Origin: Mobula hypostoma | Taxonomy: Eukaryota | Length of the DNA: 64,000 nt | Reading direction: 5' to 3' | Assembly (NCBI RefSeq): GCF_963921235.1 | Contig: NC_086097.1 | Coordinates: 225,806,001-225,870,000, forward strand | Part shown: piece by piece, positions 1 through 11,341 of the stretch | Numbering within the stretch: the first letter of the stretch is position 1 | Layout of the letters: each line of letters begins with the position of its first letter | Made by a program: the position numbers and the translations under genes | The notes under the pieces: generated by a model | What the model was told of the DNA's origin: nothing | What the model saw: only the letters and a program-made list of their open reading frames with translations | The model's database searches: none

Positions 1-428
1 ACTCAGTGTCTACTTTCCTGCGTTTTGCATTCATTGCCATTGGAATTTTTTTCTCCGATTTTATTCCGAAATGCGAGTTATTCAACAAGTATCATAGCAC
101 ATGTACATATCTGGACATTTAGCATGGATTTCTTGTTAAAACACGGTGACGCTGTTTCTGTTTACAAATTTGAACGATCCAATCTAAAAACCTCAGCATG
201 CATGGAGAGTATCTCATAAATATTAATGAGGTAGTCTGCCTTCCCGTCATTCATATATACTAGAGTTTGGTTTGGAACAAAACGGAACCTGGGGCCAGTT
301 TAACAAGACGCCATGCGTATCCATCAGTGTGGTTACTTGAAACACTCAGAATAAGGAAAAACCGCTTGCGGGCCAGAGAAGCATAGTATCCCAATATTTG
401 CTCGCAGGCCATAGTTTGCCTACCCCTG
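1..428. mobile_element. Terminal fragment of a hAT/Charlie-like DNA transposon
   Basis: The reverse complement of 400-428 reads CAGGGGTAGGCAAACTATGGCCTGCGAGC, resembling Charlie-type hAT termini. It is followed by the 8-mer CACTATAG. The partner TIR is not in the window. Confidence 0.5.
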
Positions 429-436
429 CACTATAG

Positions 437-2030
437 TCCTATTGTGGCAGGAGTTCATTCGGACCATGACCAGACTCTCAAACCACTTCATCACAGTAGA
501 TGTGAGTGCACTGGGCAATATTCGTTAAGCAGCTTACTCTTCCCTTCTCTGTTCTGGTACGATCTCCACTCTTTTGAAGAAAGCAGATGGGAAGCCCCGA
601 CTGCAGCAGTGAGAGATTGAAAATGTTCTTGAACACTTCCACCAGTTCTTTGGCACAGATTTTCATTGCCCTACCAAGTACACCATTGGGTCCTGACGCC
701 TTGCGAGAGTTCACGCTTTTGAAAATAGTTCTGACATCTGCTGCTGAGACAGAGATCACAGGGTCACCAGATGCTGCAGGAATTCACGCAGATATACTTT
801 TTCTCTCCATTTCAAAGCATGCATAAAGCTTGTTGAGCTCATCTGGGAGTGAAGCATCACAGACATTCATGATGTTAGGGTTTGCCTTGTAATGTCGCCC
901 TACAAACTCTGCCAGAGCTGATGTGCATCCGATTCCATCCCCAACTTCAATTGGAATTGTTTTTTTTGCTCATAAAACAATTTTTTTTTGTCTTCCATAG
1001 GTTGTACCTAGACTTCTTGTACAGTTCTGGATCAGCAGTCTTGAATACCATAGGCCTGGCCTCTAAGCAGACTATGGATCTTCTGGTTCATCCATAGCTT
1101 TTGGTTTGGCTAAGTCTGGTATGTTCTCAAAGTCACCCACTCATCCACAAAGGTCTTGATGACGTCAGTGACAACTGTGGCATATTCATTCAGATTCAAA
1201 GATGAATCCCTGAATATTTTCCAGTCCACTGATTCAAAGGCGTACTCTACATGCTCCCCACCTCCATTGACCACACCTTCCTGGCCTTCAACACCAGTGC
1301 TGCTGTCCTTAGTCTCTGCCTGTATGTTGAAAGTAGAAGTACAGCCAGGTGATCATACTTTCCAAAGAGCAGGCGTGGGATAGTACGGTAAGCGTTCTTA
1401 ATGGTGGTGGTCAAGTATGTTGGTTCTCCTGGTTCCGCAGGTGACATACTGGTGGGAGTTTGTCAGAGACTTCCTCAGCTGGCTTCGTTGAAATCCCGTG
1501 CAGTGACATAGAAGGCATCAGGGTGTGCTGTTTCATTACTGGCTGATTACAGTGGTCAGCTCCTCCAGAGCCTGCCTGACATTGACAACGGTTGGAATGA
1601 ACACCGTTACCAGGGTGACGGCAGAAAACTTCTTCAGTAGATTAAATGGATAATACTTGACGGCTAGGTGTTCCAGGTCGAGTGAGCTGTAATGAAACAG
1701 AACCACCCGTCTATGCCCCACAATAAGTTTATCATGAAACACATTCTCCCTCCTCTGCTTTTTAAAGACTCAGCTGTTCTCTCTTTGTGGTGGATGGTGA
1801 AGCCTTTGGGCTGCTGCAGTGCCTCTGAAATGGTGGAGGTGAGCCACGTCTCCATGAAGTTAAGTACGCAGCAGTCCCTGATGCCCCTCAAGTACTTGCT
1901 CTAAGGTCTTCAATCTTATTTTCCAAAGACTGTACATTCACCAGTAGGGTAGTTGGAAGGGGAAGGGTCTAAGATTGTATTTCAATCTTACTTGCAAGCT
2001 TTCTGTGTTTCCTTTTCTTAAAGGGAAACT
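437..2030 (-). mobile_element. Decayed Rex1/Babar-type LINE, AP-endonuclease to start of RT
   Basis: Minus-strand ORF fragments CCVLNFMETWL..GFTIHHKERTAESLKSRGG (APE endonuclease) and [39 protein letters not shown] (pre-RT). Contains stops and frameshifts. Confidence 0.8.
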
Positions 2031-2061
2031 GCAGTCATGACCTGAGGGTGTAGTCCGGATG

Positions 2062-2745
2062 CTTCAGAATTAGAGTCAGGTTTAATGTAATTGGCACATG
2101 TCTTGAAATCTGTTGTTCCGCAGCAGCAGAACATATCAATACATTATGATATTTAAAAAATCTATAAATTACAAGAAGAAATATAGAGAAAATTAAATTA
2201 AAGTAGTACAAAAAGAGAGCAAAGAAAAGGTGAGGTAGTGTATATGGGTTCACTGCCCATTCAGAAATCTAATGGTGCAGTGAAAAATTGCTGTTTGAAA
2301 TGTTGAGCATTTGTCTTCAGGCTGCTGTACCTCCTCCTTGATGGTAGCAATGAGAAGAAGCCATGGCCTGGTTGATGAGGTTCCTTAATGATGGATGCCG
2401 CCTTTTTGAGGCATCGCGCTTTGAAGGTGCCTTCGATGCTGGGGAGGCTAGGACCCATGTTGCACCAGGCAGAGTTTACAACTTTCTGCAGCTTTTTTCG
2501 ATCTTGTGCAATGACCATTTCATACCAGACAGTGATGCAACCAGTTAGAATGTTCCCCACTGTACATCTATTGAAATTTGTGAGTGTCCTTGATGATATA
2601 TCAAATCTCCTCAAACTTCTAATGAAATATAGGATATAGCCACTGTTGTGCCTTCCATGTAATAGTTGGGTCCAGGATAGATCTTCAGAGTGTTAACTCC
2701 CCGGAACTTAAAACTGCTCACCCCTTCTGCTGTTGATTCCTTGAT
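2062..2745 (-). mobile_element. Rex1/Babar-type LINE 3' end
   Basis: ORF 2261-2614 LTNFNRCTVGNILTGCITVWY..HGFFSLLPSRRRYSSLK is the C-terminal region of this LINE type. A degenerate CTGATT-like tail lies near 2062-2080. Confidence 0.8.
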
Positions 2746-2750
2746 ATTAA

Positions 2751-2800
2751 TAGTCACAGTCATAGTCATACTTTATTGATCCCAGGAGAAATTGGTTGAA
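2751..2800 (-). repeat. About 50-bp retroposed LINE 3' tail (AATAAA plus ATGACT repeats)
   Basis: Reverse complement TTCAACCAATTTCTCCTGGGATCAATAAAGTATGACTATGACTGTGACTA. A near-identical copy lies at 30476-30525. Confidence 0.6.
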
Positions 2801-3716
2801 CTAATGTGTTCTCTCAAATTCTTCCTGAAGTCCACAATCAATTCCTTGATCTTATTGATGTTGAGTGCAAGCTGATCTACCTCTCTCCTGTACACCTCCT
2901 TGGTACCATCTGAAATACCACCACCAATAGTTGTGCCATCAGAAAATTTATAGATTGCATTTGAGCTGTGCCTAGCTACACAGTCATCGGTGTAGAGAGA
3001 GATGAACAGTGGGCTAAGCACGCACCCTTGAGATGGGTAAGTGTTGAGTATTAGCAAGGTGGAGATGTTATGACCAATCGGTAGTCTTCTTATGAGGAAG
3101 TCAAGGATCCAGGTGCAGATGGATGTACCGATGCCCAGGTTTTGGAACTTGTTGATTAGAGCTGAGGGTATGATTGTGTTGAACATGGAACTGTAACAAA
3201 TAAACAATAGCCTGGCATAGGTATTGCTATTGTCCAGGTAATTCAAGGCCAAGTGAGATTGATTCCGCTGTAGACCTACTGTGGAGATAGGCAAATTGCA
3301 GCAGGTCCAGATCTTTGCTTAGGCAGGAGCTGATTCTGGCAATAACCAACCTCTCAAAGCACTTCATTGTCGTAGATGTAAGTGCTACTGGATGATAATC
3401 ATTGAGGCTGCTCACACTACTCTTCTTGGGCACTGGTATAATCGTTGCCCCTTTGAAGCAAGTGGGAACTTCCAACTGTAGCAGTGAGAGGTTGAAAATG
3501 TCTTTGAGTACACCTGCCAGTTGGTTGACACAAGTTTTGCAGAACCTTACCACGTATTCCATCGGCACCTGCCGCCTTGCGAGGGTTCATCCTCCTGGAA
3601 GAGAGCCTGTCGTTAGTCTCCAAGACAGAGATCATAGGGTCACTGAGTGCTGCAGGGGACCCTCACTGCTACTCTTCTTGGGCATTGGTATGATTGTCTC
3701 CTTTTTGAAGCAGTGG
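2801..3716 (-). mobile_element. Rex1/Babar-type LINE RT fragment
   Basis: Fragments [56 protein letters not shown] and KFSDGTT (degenerate FADD). Confidence 0.85.
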
Positions 3717-6700
3717 GTCATGGAGAAGACAGTGGGGAATATGAACTTGCTTGAGGTGTTGGTGTATTTGGATGACCTCAGTGTTTGGATCCACCTTGGA
3801 GGAACACGAGGCGAGGCTACTGAAGGTACTTGACCGTCTGAAAGCTGAAGGGTTAAAACTTTCCCTGGACAAATGCCAGTTTTGTAAAACGTCTGTTAGC
3901 TATGTCGGACATACAATCTCATGGATTGGAGAAGCTACAGACCGGGCTAAGATAGAGGTGGTGACCACTTGGCCAAGGCCCTAGACTGTGAGTGCTCTGC
4001 ACTCGTTCCTTGGGTTCTGTGGTTATTATCGGAGATTCGTGAAGGGCTACGCCAAAGTGAATCACCCCTTGAATCAGCTTCAGTGTGGTTACCCTCCCTT
4101 GGGGAAGAAAGAGAGGGAGGAAAAAAGGACAGGAGGGTGGAGAGTATCTAAACCCGTCGGAGCCCTTTGGACAGAGGTGGGATGTAAAACGTGAGGAGGC
4201 TTTTCAGTCACTGAAGGAGTTGCTGACCAAGGCACCGGTGCTGGCTTTTGCGGACCCCCGATTGCCGTATGTACTGCACACAGATGCCAGCCAACAGGGA
4301 TTAGGGGATGTCCTGTATCAGAATCAGGGCACTGGGTTGAGGCCTGTGGCATTTGTCAGCTGGAGTTTGTCGCCCCCCCCGAGAGAAACTATCCCCTGCA
4401 CAAGTTGGAATTCCTGGTGTTAAAATGGGTTGTGGTGGATAAGCTGAGTGACTAGGGGACAAGTTTGAGGTGAGGACGAACAACAACCCCCTAACTTATA
4501 TCCTGAACTCAGTGAAAATGGATGCCACAGGCCATCAGAAGTTGGCAGCGTTGTCTGCCTATGATTTCAGCCCGAAGTACCGGCCGGGGAGCCAGAACAT
4601 TGATGCGGATGCTTTGTCCCGACAGGTACAAGAGGGAGTGGACAGGGGTGAGGAGTGAGAGAGCGTTCCTGCCCCTGGGGTGAAGGCCATGTGTCGGTTT
4701 GCCATCACCGCGAAGGCAGAGGAAAAGGAAAGGCAGGATCGGCAGTGGATCAATTTGGGGCTTCTGATGAAGCCATACCTCAAGTTTACTGTAACCTGAC
4801 CGCTCTGAAGACAAATCAGCTGCCGGAGTTGAGTTCTGGGGAAGTGGCAGCTGCTCAGCGAGCTGATCCGGGCATTGGCACTATTTGGTCCATGGTTGAA
4901 AAGGGAGACGTGGCTCAGGCGGAGAAGACGAAACATGCTTTGGTGCCTCCATTATTGAAAGAATGGCCTTAGTTGGAGTTGAGGAACCAGATCTTATACC
5001 AGGTCACGTCACCCCTGGACCGACCTCGGCGTTGCCAGCTGGTTCTGCCCGAGAAGTATTGGTGGATTGCATTGAAGGCAGTTCATGATGGTTCTGAACA
5101 TTTGGTGGTGGAAAAGACCTATGGATTGCTCAGAGACCGGTTTTACTGGCCCCAGATGAAGTCAGAGGTTGAAGAATACTGCAAGTCGTACATTCGCTGC
5201 ATACAGCGGAAGACACTGCCTACCCGGGCAGCTCCTTTGTCCCACTTGCAGAGCGCAGGTCCCCTGGACCTGGTGTGTATGGATTTCCTGTCCATAGAAC
5301 CCGATGCCAGCAACACGACGAATGTCTTAGCCATCACGGACAACTACACCAGATATGCTCAGGCTTTTCCTACCAAGGACCAGAGGGCGACTACAGTGGC
5401 AAAAGTGTTATGGGAGAAGTATTTCATTTATTATGGCCTTCCCAGGTGGATACGTAGTGACCAGGGATGGGACTTTGACAGCAGACTCATCTATCAGTTA
5501 CTGGGCATGCTTGGAGTTGAGAAGTCGAGTACCAGGCCCTATCATGTGCAGGGCGATCCCCAGCCTGAAGGGTTTAATCAGATCTTGCTAGACATGCTCG
5601 GAACCCTGGAGATCATCAAGAAGAGCAGGTGGAGTCAACATATTGGGCATCTGGTTCACCATTACAACTGTACATGAAAGGAAGCTACTGGGTACTCACC
5701 ATATTATCTGATGTTTGGGTACGAGGCGAGGTTGCCCATTGACCTTTGTTTTGGGACTGATGAGGGTGACTCACCACCGAAGCCTTATCTGAAGTTTGTG
5801 TCTGGTATGAGGAGAGAGCTGAAAAGGCCTTATAAATTGGCTGGGGTCACAGCCGCCAAGCAGAATCGAGGAAATAATAGAAGGTATGATCAGAAGGTGA
5901 GGTTCTCCCAACTCCTACCAGGAGGTCGAGCCCTCGTAAGGAATTTGGGACTACCTGGAAAGCAGAAGTTGGCTGACCGTTGGGTGGCCACACCCTATGT
6001 GGTGGAGAGTCAGATGCCAAACCTACCAGTTTTCTGGGTGAAACTAGAGGAGGTGAATGGGCCTGTAAAGATTCTCCATCGGAACCACCTGTTGCCCCTG
6101 GGACAAGAGGTGCAGGTAGACCCAGAGCCCGACTTGGAGCTGACACCTAGTAAGAGGACTCTGCGAAAACGTGCGGTGACTGCAGGGCCCACAGCAGGAG
6201 AGGCTGGGCCAGGCTCCGCCCATGAAAGGGATACTGATTCGGAGGATGATGATCTGGATGTGTGGTACATGCTGCCTTTCGCTAATTCCCCATTGATTGA
6301 GACAGAGACTCCTGGCCCTTCTCCCCCTGAGTCAGGTGTAGTGGGGGGGGGCGCTATCTGTGGGTAGCCTGGGTTACAGCAGGACCCTGAAGGAGAGGAA
6401 GCAGGGCGTGGACACGGGACAGAGGGCTCCAAGTTGCAGGGGGGCCTGAGTGATAAATCAAGGGAGGATTCGCCAAGTAGACCCGAAGTATCCCCAGTAG
6501 CAACTGAGCCTGAAGAGTTAGGTGAAAAGGTACAGAGGTCTCAGAGAATTAGGAAATCACCGGACAGGTTGGCCTATGTAGCACCTGGGGAACAGGGTGT
6601 GATCTCTACAGTTTTGGGGAGCTACGTCACTGCCTTTTGCATCTGGATTGGTCTTTGTGTTTTGCAGGAAGGGTTTGCGAATTATCTCAACGTCTTGAAG

Positions 6701-6734
6701 CCATACCTAAATTTGGTGGGGGGGGGGGGGAGAG
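3717..6734 (+). mobile_element. Decayed Ty3/Gypsy LTR retrotransposon pol (RT-RNase H-integrase), 5'-truncated
   Basis: VLVYLDD (RT), SFLGFCGYYRRFVKGYA, APVLAFADPRLPYVLHTDAS (RNase H), H..H..C..C zinc finger, DLVCMDF / IRSDQG / PQPEGFN integrase core and [12 protein letters not shown]. The RT-RH-IN domain order is that of Gypsy. Several stops and frameshifts. Confidence 0.92.
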
Positions 6735-6756
6735 TGTAACGTGCTGTAAGGTTTCA
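6714..6756 (+). other. Polypurine tract and start of the Gypsy 3' LTR (TGTAAC at 6735)
   Basis: A G-run plus AGAG is directly followed by TGTAAC, downstream of the integrase. The LTR end could not be found. Confidence 0.7.
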
Positions 6757-7609
6757 TACCATTTTATGATTTTCCATTCATGGTTAAACCCTATATCTAT
6801 TTCGCCCCATCTCCAAAGTCCAATATGTCATTTGTCAAGGACAGCAATTGTCTTTTCTGAATTTCCTCAGTGTTGAATTTCAAAATACCTTTCTTCTCTA
6901 ATGGTATTTAATGAAAGGCCTGTTGAAAAAGGTTAACTATAACTTTTCCTCATCATGCCGGAAGCCATTTATATGCATACAATCATAAAAATCTTTGCTC
7001 TTCCCAGGTCTGACTCAACAACTTCAGTCATCTTTCGGTGGCTGTTGCCTCCTGTCAGAGTTCCATTGAGGTAGCTCAGGTCGAGGCTAATTCTAAGATT
7101 GCTTCTTGATTTCTTAATAGAATCCAGGTTGCTTTATTGATGGTAGCTGTGTCTGCTGGGGAGAACCACCAGAACATGTCTTGATGGGAGTACAACCATC
7201 TGCTTCCTCTTAACTTACACTAGATGATTTTTGCCATCTTGTCTCTGTTTTGTGGACAATATCTGCATGTGCATCCATAGGTTGCACAAGGGAAGTGAAC
7301 TCCACCGATAGATCAACGTGCGAGATCCTGTCATGTTGTACCTTTATCTATCCATCAACTTTACTTAACCACTTCTTGGGCTGGCATTGTTCTGATCTGT
7401 TACAACAAAATCCATATTACAGCTTCATTAATTCTTTGTTTCCTTGGTTCACCACTTCCAAGGAACACCTTCAGGCTGGCTGGAATAGTCTTGTTCATTG
7501 ATAGCACCTCTCTCAATGTTTTAACTGCACCATCTTATATCTACATTCAGCTAGAAAGTATCTAAGGATTCATCTTGTGTGTGAAGGACTGGTAAGAGTG
7601 AAATATTGA

Positions 7610-7735
7610 CACAAGAGATGGCAGATGCTGGAATATGGAGCAAAAATTAAAACAAGGGAGGAACTCAATGGTTCAGGCAGCATCTGTAGAGGGAAATAGA
7701 TAGTTAACATCCCAGATTGAGAGTCTTCTTTCATT
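7610..7735 (-). mobile_element. Degenerate Penelope pseudo-LTR-derived short repeat
   Basis: GCAGATGCTGGAA..GGAGGAACTCA..CAGGCAGCATCT matches the pLTR end seen at 44100-44200. The ribozyme core is eroded. Confidence 0.55.
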
Positions 7736-8204
7736 TCTAGGCAGTCTGCAGTGCTCCAACTGCATTCTTCAGGGTCATGTTTGATTTTTTTTAATGTTGC
7801 GGTGCAATTCTCTTCATTTGTGACTAATAAGATCCAGATTTTCACCAGCTCTGGCTTTTCTCCCTCAAACAGCTCAATATAGAGAGAAATAACTTCCTTC
7901 CAATCTCTCAATTTTTCAGACAGGTTGCTCACCTGAAAGTTCAATGGTTGTTGTGACACTATTTGTTCATGGAACACACAGTGCATGGTCTTTTAATGTG
8001 CACCCCCATAATGGACCAGTCATTCTTGATCCTTGCATCTACCTCCCTGTATGAAAAGTATCTCAGCAGTAAAAATAACCTGCAGGCATCAGCAGATAAA
8101 TAAAGTACTGTCGATTCTGGAAAGCTGAAGTAAAAATAGAGGATAACAAACTTAACAAGTATACTGTGGAAGACACTAGCAGTCCGCCAGAAATTTGACA
8201 GCGT

Positions 8205-8497
8205 CACAAGTGAGTGTGATTGCTATTTTTAAGGAGAGGGTGCTTGGGAAGCTAAAAGGTGTGAAGGTAGATAAGTCACCCAAGCAGATGGATACATCCC
8301 AGGATTCTGAAAAAGATAGCTGAAGAGATTATGGAGGCATTAGTAGTGATCTTTCAAGAATCACTAGATTCTAGAATGTTTCCAGAGGACAGAAAAATTG
8401 CAGTTGTCATTCCACTGTGTCAGAAGGCAGGGAAAGACAGAAAATTATAGGTCTGTTACCCTGACTTCAGTGGTTCGCAGGCTACTACAGTCTATTA
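8205..8497 (+). mobile_element. Old CR1 fragment, resuming at 10557-10598
   Basis: Degenerate KVDKSP..HPRILK..IFQESLDS region. The sequence continues as TTATTAAGGATGAGG after the young insertion. Confidence 0.75.
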
Positions 8498-10556
8498 GAA
8501 TAAATCAAGGAAGGTAGTGCACCCGTGCCTGACAAGAGAAATTAGGGATAGTATCAATTCCAAAGAAGTAGCATACAAATTAGCCAGAGAAAGTGGCTCA
8601 CCTGAGGACTGGGAGAAATTCAGAGTTCAGCAGAGGAGGACAAAGGGCTTAATTAGGAAGGGGAAAAAAGATTATGAGAGAAAACTGGCAGAGAACATAA
8701 AAACGGACTGTAAAAGCTTTTATAGATATGTAAAAAGGAAAAGACTGATAAAGACAAATGTAGGTCCCCTGCAAACAGAAACAGGTGAATTGATTATGGG
8801 GAGCAAGGACATGGCAGACCAATTGAATAATTACTTTGGTTCTGTCTTCACTAAGGAGGACATAAATAATCTTCCAGAAATAGTAAGGGACAGAGGGTCC
8901 AGTGAGATGGAGGAACTGAGCGAAATACATGTTAGTAGGGAAGTGGTGTTAGGTAAATTGAAGGGATTGAAGGCAGATAAATCCCCGGGGCCAGATGGTC
9001 TGCATCCCAGAGTGCTTAAGGAAGTGGCCCAAGAAATAGTGCATGCATTAGTGATAATTTTTCAAAACTCGTTAGATTCTGGACTAGTTCCTGAGGATTG
9101 GAGGGTGGCTAATGTAACCCCACTTTTTAAAAAAGGAGGGAGAGAGAAACCGGGGAATTATAGGCCGGTTAGCCTAACGTCGGTGGTGGGGAAACTGCTG
9201 GAGTCAGTTATCAAGGATGTGATAACAGCACATTTGGAAAGCGGTGAAATGATCGGACAAAGTCAGCATGGATTTGTGAAAGGAAAATCATGTCTGACGA
9301 ATCTCATAGAATTTTTTGAGGATGTAACTAGTAGAGTGGATAGGGGAGAACCAGTGGATGTGGTATATTTGGATTTTCAAAAGGCTTTTGACAAGGTCCC
9401 ACACAGGAGATTAGTGTGCAAACTTAAAGCACACGGTATTGTGGGTAAGGTATTGGTGTGGGTGGAGAATTGGTTAGCAGACAGGAAGCAAAGAGTGGGA
9501 ATAAACGGGACCTTTTCAGAATGGCAGGCGGTGACTAGTGGGGTACCGCAAGGCTCAGTGCTGGGACCCCAGTTGTTTACAATATATATTAATGACTTGG
9601 ATGAGGGAATTAAATGCAGCATCTCCAAGTTTGCGGATGACACAAAGCTGGGTGGCAGTGTTAGCAGTGAGGAGGATGCTAAGAGGATGCAGGGTGACTT
9701 GGATAGGTTGGGTGAGTGGGCAAACTCATGGCAGATGCAATTTAATGTGGATAAATGTGAAGTTATCCACTTTGGTGGCAAAAATAGGAAAACAGATTAT
9801 TATCTGAATGGTGGCCGATTAGGAAAAGGGGAGGTGCAACGAGACCTGGGTGTCATTATACACCAGTCATTGAAAGTGGGCATGCAGGTACAGCAGGCGG
9901 TGAAAAAGGCGAACGGTATGCTGGCATTTATAGCGAGAGGATTCGAGTACAGGAGCAGGGAGGTACTACTGCAGTTGTACAAGGCCTTGGTGAGACCACA
10001 CCTGGAGTATTGTGTGCAGTTTTGGTCCCCTAATCTGAGGAAAGACATCTTTGCCATAGAGGGAGTACAAAGAAGGTTCACCAGATTGATTCCTGGGATG
10101 GCAGGTCTTTCATATGAAGAAAGACTGGATGAACTGGGCTTGTACTCGTTGGAATTTAGAAGATTGAGGGGGGATCTGATTGAAACGTATAAGATCCTAA
10201 AGGGATTGGACAGGCTAGATGCGGGAAGATTGTTCCCGATGTTGGGGAGGTCTAGAACGAGGGGTCACAGTTTGAGGATAGAGGGGAAGCCTTTTAGGAC
10301 CGAGGTTAGGAAAAACTTCTTCACACAGAGAGTGGTGAATCTGTGGAATTCTCTGCCACAGCAAACTGTTGAGGCTAGTTCATTAGCTATGTTTAAAAGG
10401 AAGTTAGATATGGCCCTTGTGGCTACAGGGGTCAGGGGGTATGGAGGGAAGGCTGGGTTCTGAGTTGGATGATCAGCCATGATCATAATAAATGGCGGTG
10501 CAGGCTCGAAGGGCCGCATGGCCTACTCCTGCACCTATTTTCTATGTTTCTATGTT
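8498..10556 (+). mobile_element. Young 5'-truncated CR1 LINE with TSD TCTATTA
   Basis: Uninterrupted ORF, 3' UTR and (TTTCTATG)n tail. TCTATTA is duplicated at 8491-8497 and 10557-10563. Confidence 0.95.
8517..10463 (+). CDS. CR1 ORF2 reverse transcriptase, lacking the N-terminal endonuclease
   Basis: 648-aa ORF with KSPGPDGLHPRVLKE, NYRPVSLTS, QHGF, YLDFQKAFDKVPH, GVPQGSVLGP, KFADDTK and HLEYCVQFWSP. It has no ATG start and is open from the truncation point, so it is probably not expressed. Confidence 0.85.
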   Translation: MHPCLTREIRDSINSKEVAYKLARESGSPEDWEKFRVQQRRTKGLIRKGKKDYERKLAENIKTDCKSFYRYVKRKRLIKTNVGPLQTETGELIMGSKDMADQLNNYFGSVFTKEDINNLPEIVRDRGSSEMEELSEIHVSREVVLGKLKGLKADKSPGPDGLHPRVLKEVAQEIVHALVIIFQNSLDSGLVPEDWRVANVTPLFKKGGREKPGNYRPVSLTSVVGKLLESVIKDVITAHLESGEMIGQSQHGFVKGKSCLTNLIEFFEDVTSRVDRGEPVDVVYLDFQKAFDKVPHRRLVCKLKAHGIVGKVLVWVENWLADRKQRVGINGTFSEWQAVTSGVPQGSVLGPQLFTIYINDLDEGIKCSISKFADDTKLGGSVSSEEDAKRMQGDLDRLGEWANSWQMQFNVDKCEVIHFGGKNRKTDYYLNGGRLGKGEVQRDLGVIIHQSLKVGMQVQQAVKKANGMLAFIARGFEYRSREVLLQLYKALVRPHLEYCVQFWSPNLRKDIFAIEGVQRRFTRLIPGMAGLSYEERLDELGLYSLEFRRLRGDLIETYKILKGLDRLDAGRLFPMLGRSRTRGHSLRIEGKPFRTEVRKNFFTQRVVNLWNSLPQQTVEASSLAMFKRKLDMALVATGVRGYGGKAGF

Positions 10557-10619
10557 TCTATTATTAAGGATGAGGCTTTGGGGTACTTCAGACCCATGAA
10601 GCCCTGATTTTCCTGTTTC

Positions 10620-11202
10620 AAATAGCGAGTAAGAGAGTGACATCTTGCAGGATGGGAGCCATTTGAAAGTTGAAAGTCTCATTGGGAGTGAGTCTCTGTT
10701 TGAGCCAATAAAAGAAAGGGGCTGTAAGTGGAGCAGCCATTGTTGGAGTAAGGTAGTGTTAGAGTAGTCTGGCTTTGGCTCAGTAGGCTTGGGCAAGTAC
10801 AGACACAGGCACTAGGTAAGTTTCTAGTAAGTTAGCTTTCTGTTAATACATAGCCAGTGTGTTGAATATGGGTCCACAGTTTGTGTTAGATGTGAGAACT
10901 TTGGGAGACCTCCAGTCTCCCTGATAACTACATTGGCATGGTGCACCAATCTGTAGCTCCTTAGAGACTGTGTTATGGAACTGGAGCTGCAGCTTGATGA
11001 CCCTTGGCTCATACAGAAGAATGAGGAGGAGGTGATAGATAGGAGCTACATTAAAGTAGTCACCCATAAGCTGCAGGAGGCAGGTACCTGGGTGACTGTC
11101 AGAAGAGCTGAAGGGAATAGGCAGCAAGTGCAAAGTATCCCTGTGATCGATCCCCTCAATAATAAATATACTACTTCAGATATTGTTTGGGGGGACAACT
11201 GA
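10620..11202 (+). mobile_element. CR1 5' UTR / ORF1 fragment
   Basis: ELELQLDDPWLIQKNEEEVIDRSY..WVTVRR..LNNKYTT resembles the CR1 ORF1 zinc-finger/leucine-zipper region. Confidence 0.65.
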
Positions 11203-11341
11203 GGTATCAGAAAGGTATGACCACATTATTGGGAATATATTAAAGACCACCCAACAGTTTGCAGGAATTAGAGAAACAAATTTGTAGATATCACAGAAAG
11301 CAAGAAACATAAAGTTCTAATGGTAGGTTATGCTAACTTCC

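Noticed and set aside
6900..7560. Possible exon or unclassified element after the Gypsy
   Set aside because: The frames I translated have stops and no recognisable motif.
8517..10463. The 648-aa ORF as a domesticated host gene
   Set aside because: It has a GTG start at a truncation point, a CR1 tail and a TSD, so a recent insertion explains it.
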